Assembly: GCA_963792585.1 (NCBI GenBank)
Contig: CAWBWI010000003.1
Span: forward strand, 192,001-256,000
Source of the DNA: Candidatus Eiseniibacteriota bacterium
GTDB taxonomy: Bacteria > Eisenbacteria > RBG-16-71-46 > CAIMUX01 > VGJL01
Length of the DNA: 64,000 nt
Direction: 5' to 3'
Shown: positions 8,616 to 18,471 of the stretch, piece after piece
How positions within the stretch are numbered: the first letter of the stretch is position 1
Layout: the number at the start of each line of letters is the position of its first letter
The notes under the pieces: model-generated
Seen by the model: the letters and a program-made list of their open reading frames with translations, nothing else
What the model was told of the DNA's origin: nothing
Databases searched by the model: none
Position numbers and translations under genes: made by a program

Positions 8616-11540
8616 CTATCGGACGACTGCAATCCTCCGGACGATCTCTCTCCCTTCCGCCTGGAACTTGAGGAAGTAGATCCCCGGAGCGGCCGACGCC
8701 CCCGACTCGAGTCTCCCGTCCCATGCCACGATGTGCTCGCCGGCTGCGGCCGCCCCTTCGAGCAGCGTCCTGACCAGACGCCCCTCGACCGAGTAGAGAC
8801 GCAGCGAGACCACCCCCGCCGCGGGTGTCGAGAATGAGATCGTGGTCCCTGCCGCCGTGGGGCTCGGACGCGCCGGGTCCAGACGGAAGACCATCGATTG
8901 CCCGGAATCCTGCACCGCCATCGGCTGGATCGTGCCCGCGATCTCGAAATCGTCGACGGCCGCCTCGAGAAGGGAATTGTTCCCCGTATCACTCGCGACG
9001 AAGCGAACGACGACCTGGTTGGTAAGCGTGATGTACGACGACAGCGTGAACGTCTTCTCGGTCCAGCTATTGGAGGACGCGGTCGTCCGCTCGAGATCCA
9101 CCCAGGCTGCCCCGCCGTCGCTCGATACCTGGACGACCCAATAGTCTTCGTTCGGGTTGTTTCCCAGGTTGTTCGTGTACCAACGCCAGTAAGCCAACCG
9201 CGGGTCGGTCACATGGGACAGGTCAAAGGTGGGGCTCGTCAGAGTCGTCTTCCCCCCATCCAGGTCCGCCTCCCCGGCGGTTCCGCCCACGGATCCCTGC
9301 CCGGTCACGAAGCAGTCCGTGCCCGGTGCGGGCGTGTGGTCGTCCTCCGTCTGCGCCGGCGAGCCGTTATACGTCGTGCCGTTCGGATCGACCCGCACCC
9401 AGCGTCCCGTCGTGGCCGTGTCATCGACATCCGAAAGGCGCCATGACCCGTCGGTTTCGCAGTCGTCATAGACGGCGGTGCCCACTTTCAGGCGGAAGGA
9501 GGCGGCCGCCTGATAACCGCTCCCCGCGGTGATCGCCAGGTTGAGGGTCAGGATCTCCCCGGCGGGCGCCGTCCCGGAAACAACGACCCGATAGGCCGGT
9601 GAGAGGTCTGCCTGGCCGCCGCTCGGGATCAGGCCAACCGTCGCCGATCCGTCGAGCACGGTGAGATCGGCCGATCCGCTCGACAGGATCCCCTGCACGT
9701 TGGTGGCGCTCTGGCCGCCGCGATTCGACAGAGTGACGGGGATCAACAGGACCTCGCCGGGATCGACGATCCCATTCCCGTTCCCCGATGTGAGATCACC
9801 GATACTGTGGAAGTAGTGGGCGAGTCGCGGAGCAACTGCAGTGAACTGCATCGATAGCGGCCGCGTGCCGCTGTCATCGTTCATCGTGAGTGTGAAGGGG
9901 ATCACCTCGCCGTCCGAGATCATCCCACTCGCCTGGATACGCAACGCCGTCACATTCACACCCTGGCCCCCGGCGGGGATGTCGTTCCAGGAAGCGTTCG
10001 GGGTCAGGATCGTGATGTTCGGGTTGCTCGTTGCAAGTTGGCCGGTGACGTGGGTTGCCGCCGCCGCGCCTACGTTCCGAACCGTGACCCACAGTTCGCA
10101 CGTCTCCCCCGGATTGACGACCCCGTCGCCGTTGCCGTTCGAACCACCGCTTGTGTCGTCATCGAGAACTGCGCTCCCGTAGACCAGATAGGGACCAGAC
10201 GGGTTGATCGGAAGCGCCGTGGTTGCCACGGCGGCGATGTTCGCGCGCGTGACGGCAGTGCAGTAGTCCTGCGGATAGCGCTCGATCCGATCGTTACACG
10301 TATGGTACCAGGGGCAGAAGTCATCTCCCCATGCCTCGTCCTCGATCGAGCAAACCGCTTTCCAGCCCCGAGCCCAGTACGAGGAATGATCGCTTCCGGT
10401 CATGCTGCCATCGTTGATGACGACCGGCGTGATCTGTCCCGGCAAGTATGTTGCGATCACGTTCGACATCGTCGCCGACAGAGGGAGCGAGGTCGTGTTC
10501 GTATAGACGATCAGGTCGGGTGGCGCAGTGTCCGTGCCGCGGTAGGCGATCATGTCGCAGTTGAAGGCCGCGATAACGTCCTCCCCCAGACCAGCGATCG
10601 TGGCGCAGTAGGCGTCCGAACCGATCAACCCTTGCTCCTCTCCGTTGAAACACGCGAACTTGATCGTGTACTGGAAGAGATAGTCCTTCATGACCCTCGC
10701 GGCCTCCAGGACAGCCGCGGTTCCGCTGCCGTTGTCATCAGCTCCCGGCGCGCATACGGACGGTGTATCGCTCGTGGCGTCCAGATGGCCACAGATGTAA
10801 ATGACCTTCGTCGGATCCACCTGGCCGGGCAGGGTCGCGATCACATTGCGGCGTTGACCACCGTTATAGGTGTAATAGTGAAACTCTGCCGACAGCCCCA
10901 TCGCAAGAAACTGATCGAGCAACCACTGCGTGGCATTGTTGTTTCCGGTCGTGTTGTAGTACCGCGTTTCGAAGTCGTCCAGAATCTGCCAGCTCGCCAC
11001 ATACTGCGCCTGTGTCAGGTCGTTGATCATGCTCTGCACGAGCGGGTCGGCGTCGCGCTGGGGTTCCGTGGGAAGAGACGTTTCATCGGGCCAGACGATC
11101 GGTTGCATCGAGATCCGCACGGGTTGGCGAAGTCCCGTGAGCGAGGCGGCCGCGGCCTCTGTCAACTGCGGAGCGCCGCCGGTCGTGGCCACCAGCGCCT
11201 CGTGCCCAGTTCCCGAGATCAGTCGAGCAGGAGGCTCGAAGGCCGCGCGGGCGGCATCCTCGAGGAGGAACATGTACAGGACCTCCGCTTCGGCCAGTTC
11301 GATTCTCATCGCTCCAAGAGCCTCGAGCCCGGACGCGGCCTGCGGGTCGATGCCGACCAGGCTGCCGGACGCCCCCATGTAGTAGAGGTCGGCGGCGCCC
11401 TCGAGGGTTTCGGGCGCGATCGCCGCCGGGACCCAGATCGAGACCCGTTCTGCGGCGGATACGACTCCTACCGACAGAACGATCGAGAAGAACAGGACCG
11501 TCCAAACGGCATGGCGGGATGCGATACGGGTAGCAAACAT
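8616..11540 (-). CDS. Secreted M28-family metallopeptidase with two Ig-like repeats, a jelly-roll/MAM-like domain and a FlgD-like C-terminal domain
   Basis: Signal peptide. Motifs GHLD, GADDNGSG, GEEQGL, NCDMI, SDH, YHT. Repeat NGNGxVxPGE...V.V.N.G occurs twice. CTD GRLVRTL...WDG...GIYF. SD GGAGG before ATG 11540. Confidence 0.9.
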   Translation of the reverse strand: MFATRIASRHAVWTVLFFSIVLSVGVVSAAERVSIWVPAAIAPETLEGAADLYYMGASGSLVGIDPQAASGLEALGAMRIELAEAEVLYMFLLEDAARAAFEPPARLISGTGHEALVATTGGAPQLTEAAAASLTGLRQPVRISMQPIVWPDETSLPTEPQRDADPLVQSMINDLTQAQYVASWQILDDFETRYYNTTGNNNATQWLLDQFLAMGLSAEFHYYTYNGGQRRNVIATLPGQVDPTKVIYICGHLDATSDTPSVCAPGADDNGSGTAAVLEAARVMKDYLFQYTIKFACFNGEEQGLIGSDAYCATIAGLGEDVIAAFNCDMIAYRGTDTAPPDLIVYTNTTSLPLSATMSNVIATYLPGQITPVVINDGSMTGSDHSSYWARGWKAVCSIEDEAWGDDFCPWYHTCNDRIERYPQDYCTAVTRANIAAVATTALPINPSGPYLVYGSAVLDDDTSGGSNGNGDGVVNPGETCELWVTVRNVGAAAATHVTGQLATSNPNITILTPNASWNDIPAGGQGVNVTALRIQASGMISDGEVIPFTLTMNDDSGTRPLSMQFTAVAPRLAHYFHSIGDLTSGNGNGIVDPGEVLLIPVTLSNRGGQSATNVQGILSSGSADLTVLDGSATVGLIPSGGQADLSPAYRVVVSGTAPAGEILTLNLAITAGSGYQAAASFRLKVGTAVYDDCETDGSWRLSDVDDTATTGRWVRVDPNGTTYNGSPAQTEDDHTPAPGTDCFVTGQGSVGGTAGEADLDGGKTTLTSPTFDLSHVTDPRLAYWRWYTNNLGNNPNEDYWVVQVSSDGGAAWVDLERTTASSNSWTEKTFTLSSYITLTNQVVVRFVASDTGNNSLLEAAVDDFEIAGTIQPMAVQDSGQSMVFRLDPARPSPTAAGTTISFSTPAAGVVSLRLYSVEGRLVRTLLEGAAAAGEHIVAWDGRLESGASAAPGIYFLKFQAEGREIVRRIAVVR

Positions 11541-11723
11541 CTCTTCCTCCATCCTGGGGACGCCTAGGGGGTCCGGAACGGTCCGGACACGCCAAGTCCG
11601 CAGACAATTCTAGCAGTTCTGGGGTCGAAATGCCACCGGCGGATCCGGTCTGCGGATGCGCTCCGCATGCGTCGGAATCCCTGCTATGCTGATCGCCGGA
11701 GCCCGGTTGGAGGCAAACAACTT

Positions 11724-12580
11724 ATGACAATTTGGACCTACTTGGCCGCCGCCCTTCTGGCCGCGGCCGCAGGGGATGCGGGCTTGATCCTTCGCGATCT
11801 CTCCCCCCTACCGGCATGATCCCCTCCGAGGAGGTTGCCGTCTACGCGCCCGACAAACTCTGGGACTACATCGACGGCGGCGCCCAGGCTTACATCGAGT
11901 ACGGCGTCGCGGAGACGGCCACCGTCTCCTTCCAGAGACCCGGGGCCGGACTGCCCCGGATCACCGTCGACTTGCACCGGATGGCGGAACCAAAGGGGGC
12001 TTTTGGGCTCTTCTCCATGGAGCGGAGTGGGAGGGGAGAGGACGCGAAGGTCGGTCGCGGGTCCTCACTGGAACGAGGAATGTTGCTCTTTTGGAGCGGC
12101 GACTCCTATGTGCGTATCGTGAGTGATGCTTCCCCCGATACGACGATCGCCCTCGCGCGCGCCCTCGCCGGCATCCTTCCTGCGTCGGAGGAAGCTCTCC
12201 CGATGCTCGACCTCTTCCCCGCCGAAGGCAGGATCCCCAATAGGGACGGCTACGTGGCCGTCTCCTTCCAGGGAATCAAGCGCCTCGACGACGTCTGGAC
12301 GGCGTCGTATGCGGACACCGCGGGCTCATACTTGCTCTTCCTGCGCAGGAACCGGCCGCCGATCCGGGAAGGCGACCTGCCCCCGAGGGCAAAGATCCTC
12401 GCGTCCCCCACGGTGGAAACCCCGATCCAGTTGATCGACATGGGATCGAAGGACCGCGTCCTCGTCGCCTTCTACATCAAGAAGTCGTGGTACCTGGCCG
12501 GGTTCCTGGGAGCCCGCCCGAATGACGTCCGGACGACCCGAATCGCCGCCTGGGTCGACTCCCTCCCCAAGCTCCGGTGA
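11724..12580 (+). CDS. DUF6599-like exported protein with a frameshift near 11800
   Basis: SD GGAGG plus ATG 11724 gives a signal-like MTIWTYLAAALLAAAAG that stops at about 11819. The conserved body (LWDYIDGGAQAYIEYG...AFGLFS) is in the -1 frame after CTCTCCCCCCTA. Confidence 0.7.
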
Positions 12581-13122
12581 GGGCGCGCCGTCTGAATCTC
12601 GCCGGCGGGGTACGCACCGGCGCATCGCGCGTGGGTTACCGGATCCGCACGGAGACGAAGCGACGCATCTGGCTCCTCCCGCTCCTGGGACTCATCCCGG
12701 CCTTCCTGCTGGCCATCTACTCGATGACCGAGCCGTGGGCGAGGGCACGGGTGGTCGGTTTCTGGGGCGTATCCAAGAGCCCCGACGCCATCCTGCTCCT
12801 CGCCGTCTGCCTCGCCGGGATGGTCGCAGCGAGTGTGGCCGTCGCCGCGCGGGGACGGCGGGATCGGCTGGCCGGCAACGTCCACCTCGTGACCGGTGCC
12901 TTGATGGGTGTGGTCGCCTATGCGGCCTACTCGATGGTCCGGCACGCCGGAATCAAGTTGCTCTTCATCCCGATCGCCTCCGTCCACCCGGGTCGGGGGC
13001 TCCGGCACTTCGTCTACTCCGCGGGACTCGTCCTTCTCCTTGGGGTGGTCGAGCTGATCGTCGCGGCGAAGCGGATACGCGGCTCCCGAGGTCTTGAAGG
13101 CGAGGCGACGCAGGGCGGATAA
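12577..13122 (+). CDS. Hypothetical membrane protein (about 4 TM)
   Basis: GTGA overlap with the upstream stop; four hydrophobic segments. Confidence 0.7.
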   Translation: MRARRLNLAGGVRTGASRVGYRIRTETKRRIWLLPLLGLIPAFLLAIYSMTEPWARARVVGFWGVSKSPDAILLLAVCLAGMVAASVAVAARGRRDRLAGNVHLVTGALMGVVAYAAYSMVRHAGIKLLFIPIASVHPGRGLRHFVYSAGLVLLLGVVELIVAAKRIRGSRGLEGEATQGG

Positions 13123-13154
13123 TCGCAGGGGTCGATCAACCGCAGGAGGATCGT

Positions 13155-14270
13155 ATGCCGAGGGGACCACAGGCGCCCGATTACGTCCGCAACCTCGCCG
13201 TCTACGTGCCCGGAAGGCCGATCGAGGTCGTTCGCCGGGACCTGGGCATCACCGACGAGATCGTCAAGCTCGCATCGAACGAAAACCCGCTCGGCGCCTC
13301 CCCAAAGGCACTGAACGCAATCCGCGAGGCGGTGTCCGATCTGAACCGGTATCCAGACGGCGGCGGTTTCTATCTTCGGCACGCCCTTGCCGATCGGTAC
13401 GACCTGTCGATGGAGCAAGTGATCCTGGGCAACGGTTCCACGGAAGTGATCGAGATGCTCACCCGCGCCTACCTGGCGGATGGGGACGAGGCGATCTTTT
13501 CGCAGCAGTCCTTCGTGATGTACCCGATCGCCATCGCCTCGGTCAACGGCAAGGGCATCGGCATTCCGGCCACGTCCGACCGGCGGCACGACGTCGACGC
13601 GATCGCGCGCGCGGCGAGCCCGGCGACGAAACTCATCTTCATCGCGAACCCTTCCAATCCGACCGGGACCTATATCAGTCGCAGCGAGATGGACTCCCTC
13701 CTCGCTCACGTTCCCGACACCACCCTCGTCATCGTCGATCAGGCGTATCAGGAGTATGTCGAAGCGACCGACTACCCCGACGCTCTCGATGACCTGCGCG
13801 GGGGACGCGACAACGTCGTCATTTTGAGGACATTCTCGAAGATCTACGGGTTGGCCGGCATTCGAATCGGCTACGCCTTCGGCAACGAGGACGTGATCAC
13901 CACGTTGAATCGATGCCGCTCCCCATTCAACACCGGTTCCCTCGCGCAGGCGGCAGGTCTCGCGGCACTCGAGGACGCGGAGTGGGGAAACCGCTGCCGG
14001 AGCGAGAACGCGAGGGAGCGCGCGTTTCTCGAGTCCGAGTTGAAGCGGCGCGGGATCCGCTACACGCCATCCGTCACGAACTTCGTGCTGGCCGAGTTCG
14101 ACGGCAACGTCCCCGACCTGATCGCGCAGTTCGAGAAACGCGGCGTGATCATCCGTCCCGTGGGCGGGCCCGGCCTCGCGGGCTGCGCCCGGATCAGCGT
14201 GGGGACCCGCGCGGAGAACGAGCGGTTCCTCGTCGCGCTCGACCTTTTGATGGGGCCGAAACGCGCGTAG
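13155..14270 (+). CDS. hisC: Histidinol-phosphate aminotransferase
   Basis: YVPG, KLASNENPLG, RYPD, GNGSTE, ANPSNPTG, DQAY, RTFSKIYGLAGIRIGY; SD AGGAGG. Confidence 0.95.
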   Translation: MPRGPQAPDYVRNLAVYVPGRPIEVVRRDLGITDEIVKLASNENPLGASPKALNAIREAVSDLNRYPDGGGFYLRHALADRYDLSMEQVILGNGSTEVIEMLTRAYLADGDEAIFSQQSFVMYPIAIASVNGKGIGIPATSDRRHDVDAIARAASPATKLIFIANPSNPTGTYISRSEMDSLLAHVPDTTLVIVDQAYQEYVEATDYPDALDDLRGGRDNVVILRTFSKIYGLAGIRIGYAFGNEDVITTLNRCRSPFNTGSLAQAAGLAALEDAEWGNRCRSENARERAFLESELKRRGIRYTPSVTNFVLAEFDGNVPDLIAQFEKRGVIIRPVGGPGLAGCARISVGTRAENERFLVALDLLMGPKRA

Positions 14271-14283
14271 GGCAGGAGTCGCC

Positions 14284-15330
14284 GTGAGCTTCGACCGTGA
14301 GAACAAGATCCGCTTGACCGCGGGGGTCGTCTCCCTCTCGGTCGGGACGGTCCTACTCCTCTTGAAGTTCATCGCATATCGGCTGACCGGATCCTCTGCC
14401 ATCCTCTCCGATGCTCTCGAGAGCATCATCAACGTCGTCGCCGCCGCATTCGCGATCGGAAGCATCCTCTTCGCCGGTCGCCCCGCGGATCGGGGTCATC
14501 CCTACGGTCACGGAAAGATCGAGTTCTTCTCCGCGGCGTTTGAGGGAGGGCTCATATCGTTCGCGGCCGTGGCGATCATCTGGGCCTCCATCGAGGCGCT
14601 CCTCAAGGGCAGCACGGTCCACGAGATCGGCAAGGGTCTCATCATCACGGGTGGAGCGGGGGTCGTGAACGCGGTTCTCGGGCTGTTCTTGATGCGCGTG
14701 GGAAAGCGGACGAACTCCCTGATCCTGGTCGCCGACGGTCACCATGTCTTGTCGGACTTCTGGACCACCGCAGGGGTGGTGATCGGCCTGATTTTGGTCA
14801 AGTTGACCGGTGTGTGGTGGATCGACCCGCTCGTCGCGATCGTCGTGGCGCTCAATCTCGCGCGGACCGGGTTTCACCTGGTTCGCCACGCTGCGCGGGC
14901 GCTCCTCGACGAGGAGGACAGCGATCTATTGCAGCGAATCCTCGACTCCAGTGAGCGGGTCCGCGCTCCAGGGATCATCCGGATCCACCACCTTCGGGCG
15001 ATTCGCATCGGTCGCTTCGCCCATGTCGATGCGCACCTCGTTGTCCCGGAGTTCTGGACGGTTCAGGAGGCGCACGACCACCAGGATCTATTCGAGAAGC
15101 GCCTGCTGGGGATCACATCGATCGAGGGCGAGGTGCTTTTCCACACCGACCCCTGCTGGCGGCTCTATTGCGAGGTGTGTGATCTCGAGGCCTGCCCGGT
15201 TCGGCAGAGTGCTTTCATCCGCCGGCCCGCGCTGACGCTCGACGAAGCGACCCAGCCCGACCCGCCGCCCGGGGGACAGCTGGAGATCCCGAAGCTGCAG
15301 GCTGAGGTCGCGTCGAGCTCGGACCCCTAG
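14284..15330 (+). CDS. Cation diffusion facilitator (FieF-like) with Cys-rich C-terminal extension
   Basis: SDALES, HPYGHGKIE, ADGHHVLSD, DAHLVV...AHD, HTDPCWRLYCEVC...C. Confidence 0.93.
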   Translation: MSFDRENKIRLTAGVVSLSVGTVLLLLKFIAYRLTGSSAILSDALESIINVVAAAFAIGSILFAGRPADRGHPYGHGKIEFFSAAFEGGLISFAAVAIIWASIEALLKGSTVHEIGKGLIITGGAGVVNAVLGLFLMRVGKRTNSLILVADGHHVLSDFWTTAGVVIGLILVKLTGVWWIDPLVAIVVALNLARTGFHLVRHAARALLDEEDSDLLQRILDSSERVRAPGIIRIHHLRAIRIGRFAHVDAHLVVPEFWTVQEAHDHQDLFEKRLLGITSIEGEVLFHTDPCWRLYCEVCDLEACPVRQSAFIRRPALTLDEATQPDPPPGGQLEIPKLQAEVASSSDP

Positions 15331-15767
15331 ACCCTTTCCGCTCCGCGTATCGCGCAATATCGGTCGAACGCGGCGATCAGATTGCGCGCCACCTCGTGGG
15401 CGGCGTGCCCTTCGATGTCCTGACGCTGGACCATGTGAACGAGTTCGCCGTCGCAAAAGAGGGCGATCTGCGGGGACGTCGCCGGCTGCGCACCGAAGCT
15501 CTCACGAGCCCGCGCCGTCGCCTCTGTGTCAACGCCCGCGAAGACCGTCGTGACCCGATCGGGCAACCGGTCGTGGTGCAGCGCGAGCGCGAGCCCCGGA
15601 CGCGCCATCCCGGCGGCGCAACCGCAGACGGAGTTCACGAAGACCAGGGTTGTCCCCGTTCGCTCGGCGAGGATGTCTTCCACATCCTCACGTGTCCGGA
15701 GCTCTCGCACGCCGATCCGAGTCAGCTCTTCGCGCATGGGGCGGACCATATCTTCTGGGTAGGGCAC
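15327..15767 (-). CDS. Bacilliredoxin (BrxA/BrxB, DUF1094/YphP family)
   Basis: YPEDMVRPMREEL, VNSVCGCAAGMARP (CGC motif), TVFAGVD.EAT, SPQIALF, IEG. AGGAGG SD precedes GTG 15767 (ATG 15794 is an alternative). Confidence 0.92.
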   Translation of the reverse strand: MPYPEDMVRPMREELTRIGVRELRTREDVEDILAERTGTTLVFVNSVCGCAAGMARPGLALALHHDRLPDRVTTVFAGVDTEATARARESFGAQPATSPQIALFCDGELVHMVQRQDIEGHAAHEVARNLIAAFDRYCAIRGAERV

Positions 15768-15813
15768 GGGGCTTCCTCCTTCGTACGTTGTCATGCCGCC
15801 GGCGCGGCCGGGA

Positions 15814-15999
15814 TCATCGAACCGAACGGGTCAGGATACAGATCGGAGGGGACGTTGGGAAGTCCCGCGCCGCGACACGCGTTGCCGTGATCGGACTCGC
15901 CGAGTCCTCCGCCATACCGCGGACAGTCTCGCGGATCGCTGACACGTCGTCGTTGATCGCGTCCCGAATGACGACTCCCGTGCCTTCGGCGGGGGTCAT
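15814..15999 (-). pseudogene. 61-aa ORF resembling a GNAT acetyltransferase N-terminus; probable remnant
   Basis: ATGA overlap with the DUF3108 stop. VIRDAINDDVSAIRE resembles the GNAT beta1-alpha1, but no acetyl-CoA motif follows. Confidence 0.3.
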
Positions 16000-16772
16000 G
16001 GCCCCCCGGGCGTATCGGCGAGCAGCGTCCCGGGTTTGTAGGACTTCAGCTGTAGTTTGATGTGACCCAGGATCGAGACCTTCGATGTCATCTGAACGAG
16101 GATCCGCCGGTCGTCATCCGTGAAGTAGACCTCCGCCTCGCCTCCTTCGCGGAACAGTCCACCCGTCTTGATCACGGGCCGGACGACGATCGTGTCGAAC
16201 GTCCCCGCCGGAACCTCGATACGCTCCTTCCGATCCACCCTGAGCACAACCGGATTCCCTTCGGGTTTGAAGTAGCGGTCGAATGTGTATGTGCTCCCGA
16301 CATCGAGCGGGAGAGTGCGGACGAAGTAGAGGAACGAAACCTCGTCGAGGGGCTCGTCCGTCGTCATCTCGCCGCCGCCGGGACCGTTCGAACGAACCCA
16401 TCGCCGCTCGGCCGGGTAGAACTCGAGCACGCGATGGCGCTTGTACTTGACCTCGTGCTGCTTCTGCTCGAAGCGCCGGGTGATCAGGCTCTCGGTGTCG
16501 AGCCATGAGCGGAAACGATCGTCCACTCTCGCGAAGAAGGTTCCCCCGGTGAGATCGAAATGAAGCTCATAGGTCGGGTGGCCGCGGATGGTGTCGATCC
16601 CAACGACCTCCATCGAGGCCCTCCCCGGACTTCCGAGAATGCTGACCGAAACCCGGTACTCCGCCCGTTCCCCGGGACCAAAGGGGACGGGCGCCGGAAC
16701 CCCCGCAACCGTCCTCGGTACGGTCAGCCCAAGACCCAGAAACACCAGAACCGCCGCAATTGACCGGATCAT
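15996..16772 (-). CDS. DUF3108-family exported protein
   Basis: Signal peptide; PF..GE.A.Y; D..S.LYFVR; E.IEVPAGTFDTI.VRP; YFTDD.RRI.V. Confidence 0.85.
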   Translation of the reverse strand: MIRSIAAVLVFLGLGLTVPRTVAGVPAPVPFGPGERAEYRVSVSILGSPGRASMEVVGIDTIRGHPTYELHFDLTGGTFFARVDDRFRSWLDTESLITRRFEQKQHEVKYKRHRVLEFYPAERRWVRSNGPGGGEMTTDEPLDEVSFLYFVRTLPLDVGSTYTFDRYFKPEGNPVVLRVDRKERIEVPAGTFDTIVVRPVIKTGGLFREGGEAEVYFTDDDRRILVQMTSKVSILGHIKLQLKSYKPGTLLADTPGGP

Positions 16773-17069
16773 TCTGCGTACCTCCGAACCGACGCTCTAG
16801 GGTACACCATTCCGCCGTCCCCGTTCCCTGACGGGACGAGGAGACCGCTTGCAGGAGACCCGCCGCCGCGCGGCGACAGAGGCGAAACGGTGGGTCGAAC
16901 CGGAAAGGGTATCGGACCGGTTCACGTCGCCGGTGGGTCGAGGGCGTCGGCGGTCACGGAGGCTGGGCAGACACAGCCGTCGTCCCTGCCCCCCGCGCGG
17001 CCCATTGCGTTTGCACTTCTCGGCAGAGCGACCTTTACACATGCGCTCGAAGCATTGTCAACTGGCGGA

Positions 17070-18440
17070 ATGCCGACACCGATGGGCGAGCCGGGACGAA
17101 GCCAGCGGATCTCGATTCTCGAGGGATCCCTGGCTCAGGTCCACATCACGATCACGGGCGGATCTCTCGTGACCGCCTATGCCCTCATGCTCGGCGCGAA
17201 CGACTTCCACCTCGGCCTGGTTTCCGCCTTCACCGCGCTCTCGACGATCGCCGCGATTCTCGGCGCCCAGTGGGTTGGGCTCCTTGGTCGACGAAAGCCT
17301 CTCTCCGTTGTTTGCTCGGCGGGAGGCCGGGCGCTTTGGACGATCCTCTGTCTGATCCCCTTCGTGCCGCTCTCTCATGGAATGCGTCTGGCTCTGATGC
17401 TCACGACGATCTTCATCGGCAACTCTCTCGTGAACCTCTCCGGAACAGGTTGGCTATCGTGGATGACCGACCTCGTACCGCTCGAACGGCGCGGACGCTA
17501 TTTCGGCCTGCGGAACACCGTTCTCGGAGCCGTGGCCATGGTGACGAGTTTCGGCGCTGGGTGGATGCTGGATCGTTACATCGCCGCCGGCTTACGGCCG
17601 CAGGGACTCGCGACGATATTCGGCTTCGCCGCGGTGGCTGCCCTCATCGCCGGCGTGGTTCTCACCCGACAATGGGAGCCACCGTTGCGGGGTGAGCTCC
17701 CCCTCCCGATGGTCGAGACGATCCGCCGACCGTTCGTGAACCGCCGCTTCCGGCGTCTCCTGATCTTCGCGATCCTCTGGGCGACGGCGACCGGCGTCTC
17801 GAGCCCTTTCTTCGGGGCGCACATGATCAAGAATCTTCACATGTCGTTCTCGATGATCGCGGTCTACTCGATTCTCGCGGGAATCCTGAATCTCTTGAGC
17901 CTGCCGATTTGGGGCAAGGTGATCGATCGGGTGGGGAATCGGCCTGTCCTTGTCTGTTGCCTCCTCGGGGTCTTCTTTCTTCCCTTGCTCTGGCTCTTCG
18001 CCACCCCAACCAACCTGCTGCCGATCTGGCTCGACGCCGCCCTGACCGGTGTCTTCTGGCCCGGGTTCACGCTGGCGTCCTTCAATCTCGTCCTGGCCAC
18101 CGCGCCCGAGGAGAACCGGACCGCCTACCTCGCCGTGCAGACGATGGTCGTCGGGATCGCGACGTTTCTCGCATCGCTGCTCGGCGGAGTGGCCGCACGC
18201 GCCCTCGGCGACATCCGCCTGCAGGTCCTCGGTCTATCGTTGATCAACTTCCATCTGATCTATGTGGTATCCGCGATTCTACGGATTTCCCTCCTACCCC
18301 TCGCACTTCAGCTCCGCGAGCAGCGCGCGCAAACCGTCCGCGCCCTCCTCGGCCTCGTGGGGGACCAGGTCTCCCTGCGCTTCACACAGGGCTGGCAGAT
18401 GGGAATCTCGGTGGTCCGTCGATTCGGCGTAGGAAACTAA
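17070..18440 (+). CDS. MFS transporter
   Basis: About 12 TM; WLSWMTDLVP...RGRYFG; WGKVIDRVGNRP. Start uncertain (17070 or 17082). Confidence 0.9.
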   Translation: MPTPMGEPGRSQRISILEGSLAQVHITITGGSLVTAYALMLGANDFHLGLVSAFTALSTIAAILGAQWVGLLGRRKPLSVVCSAGGRALWTILCLIPFVPLSHGMRLALMLTTIFIGNSLVNLSGTGWLSWMTDLVPLERRGRYFGLRNTVLGAVAMVTSFGAGWMLDRYIAAGLRPQGLATIFGFAAVAALIAGVVLTRQWEPPLRGELPLPMVETIRRPFVNRRFRRLLIFAILWATATGVSSPFFGAHMIKNLHMSFSMIAVYSILAGILNLLSLPIWGKVIDRVGNRPVLVCCLLGVFFLPLLWLFATPTNLLPIWLDAALTGVFWPGFTLASFNLVLATAPEENRTAYLAVQTMVVGIATFLASLLGGVAARALGDIRLQVLGLSLINFHLIYVVSAILRISLLPLALQLREQRAQTVRALLGLVGDQVSLRFTQGWQMGISVVRRFGVGN

Positions 18441-18471
18441 AGGAGGAAGCAGCTACTCGCCATTCGTCGGA

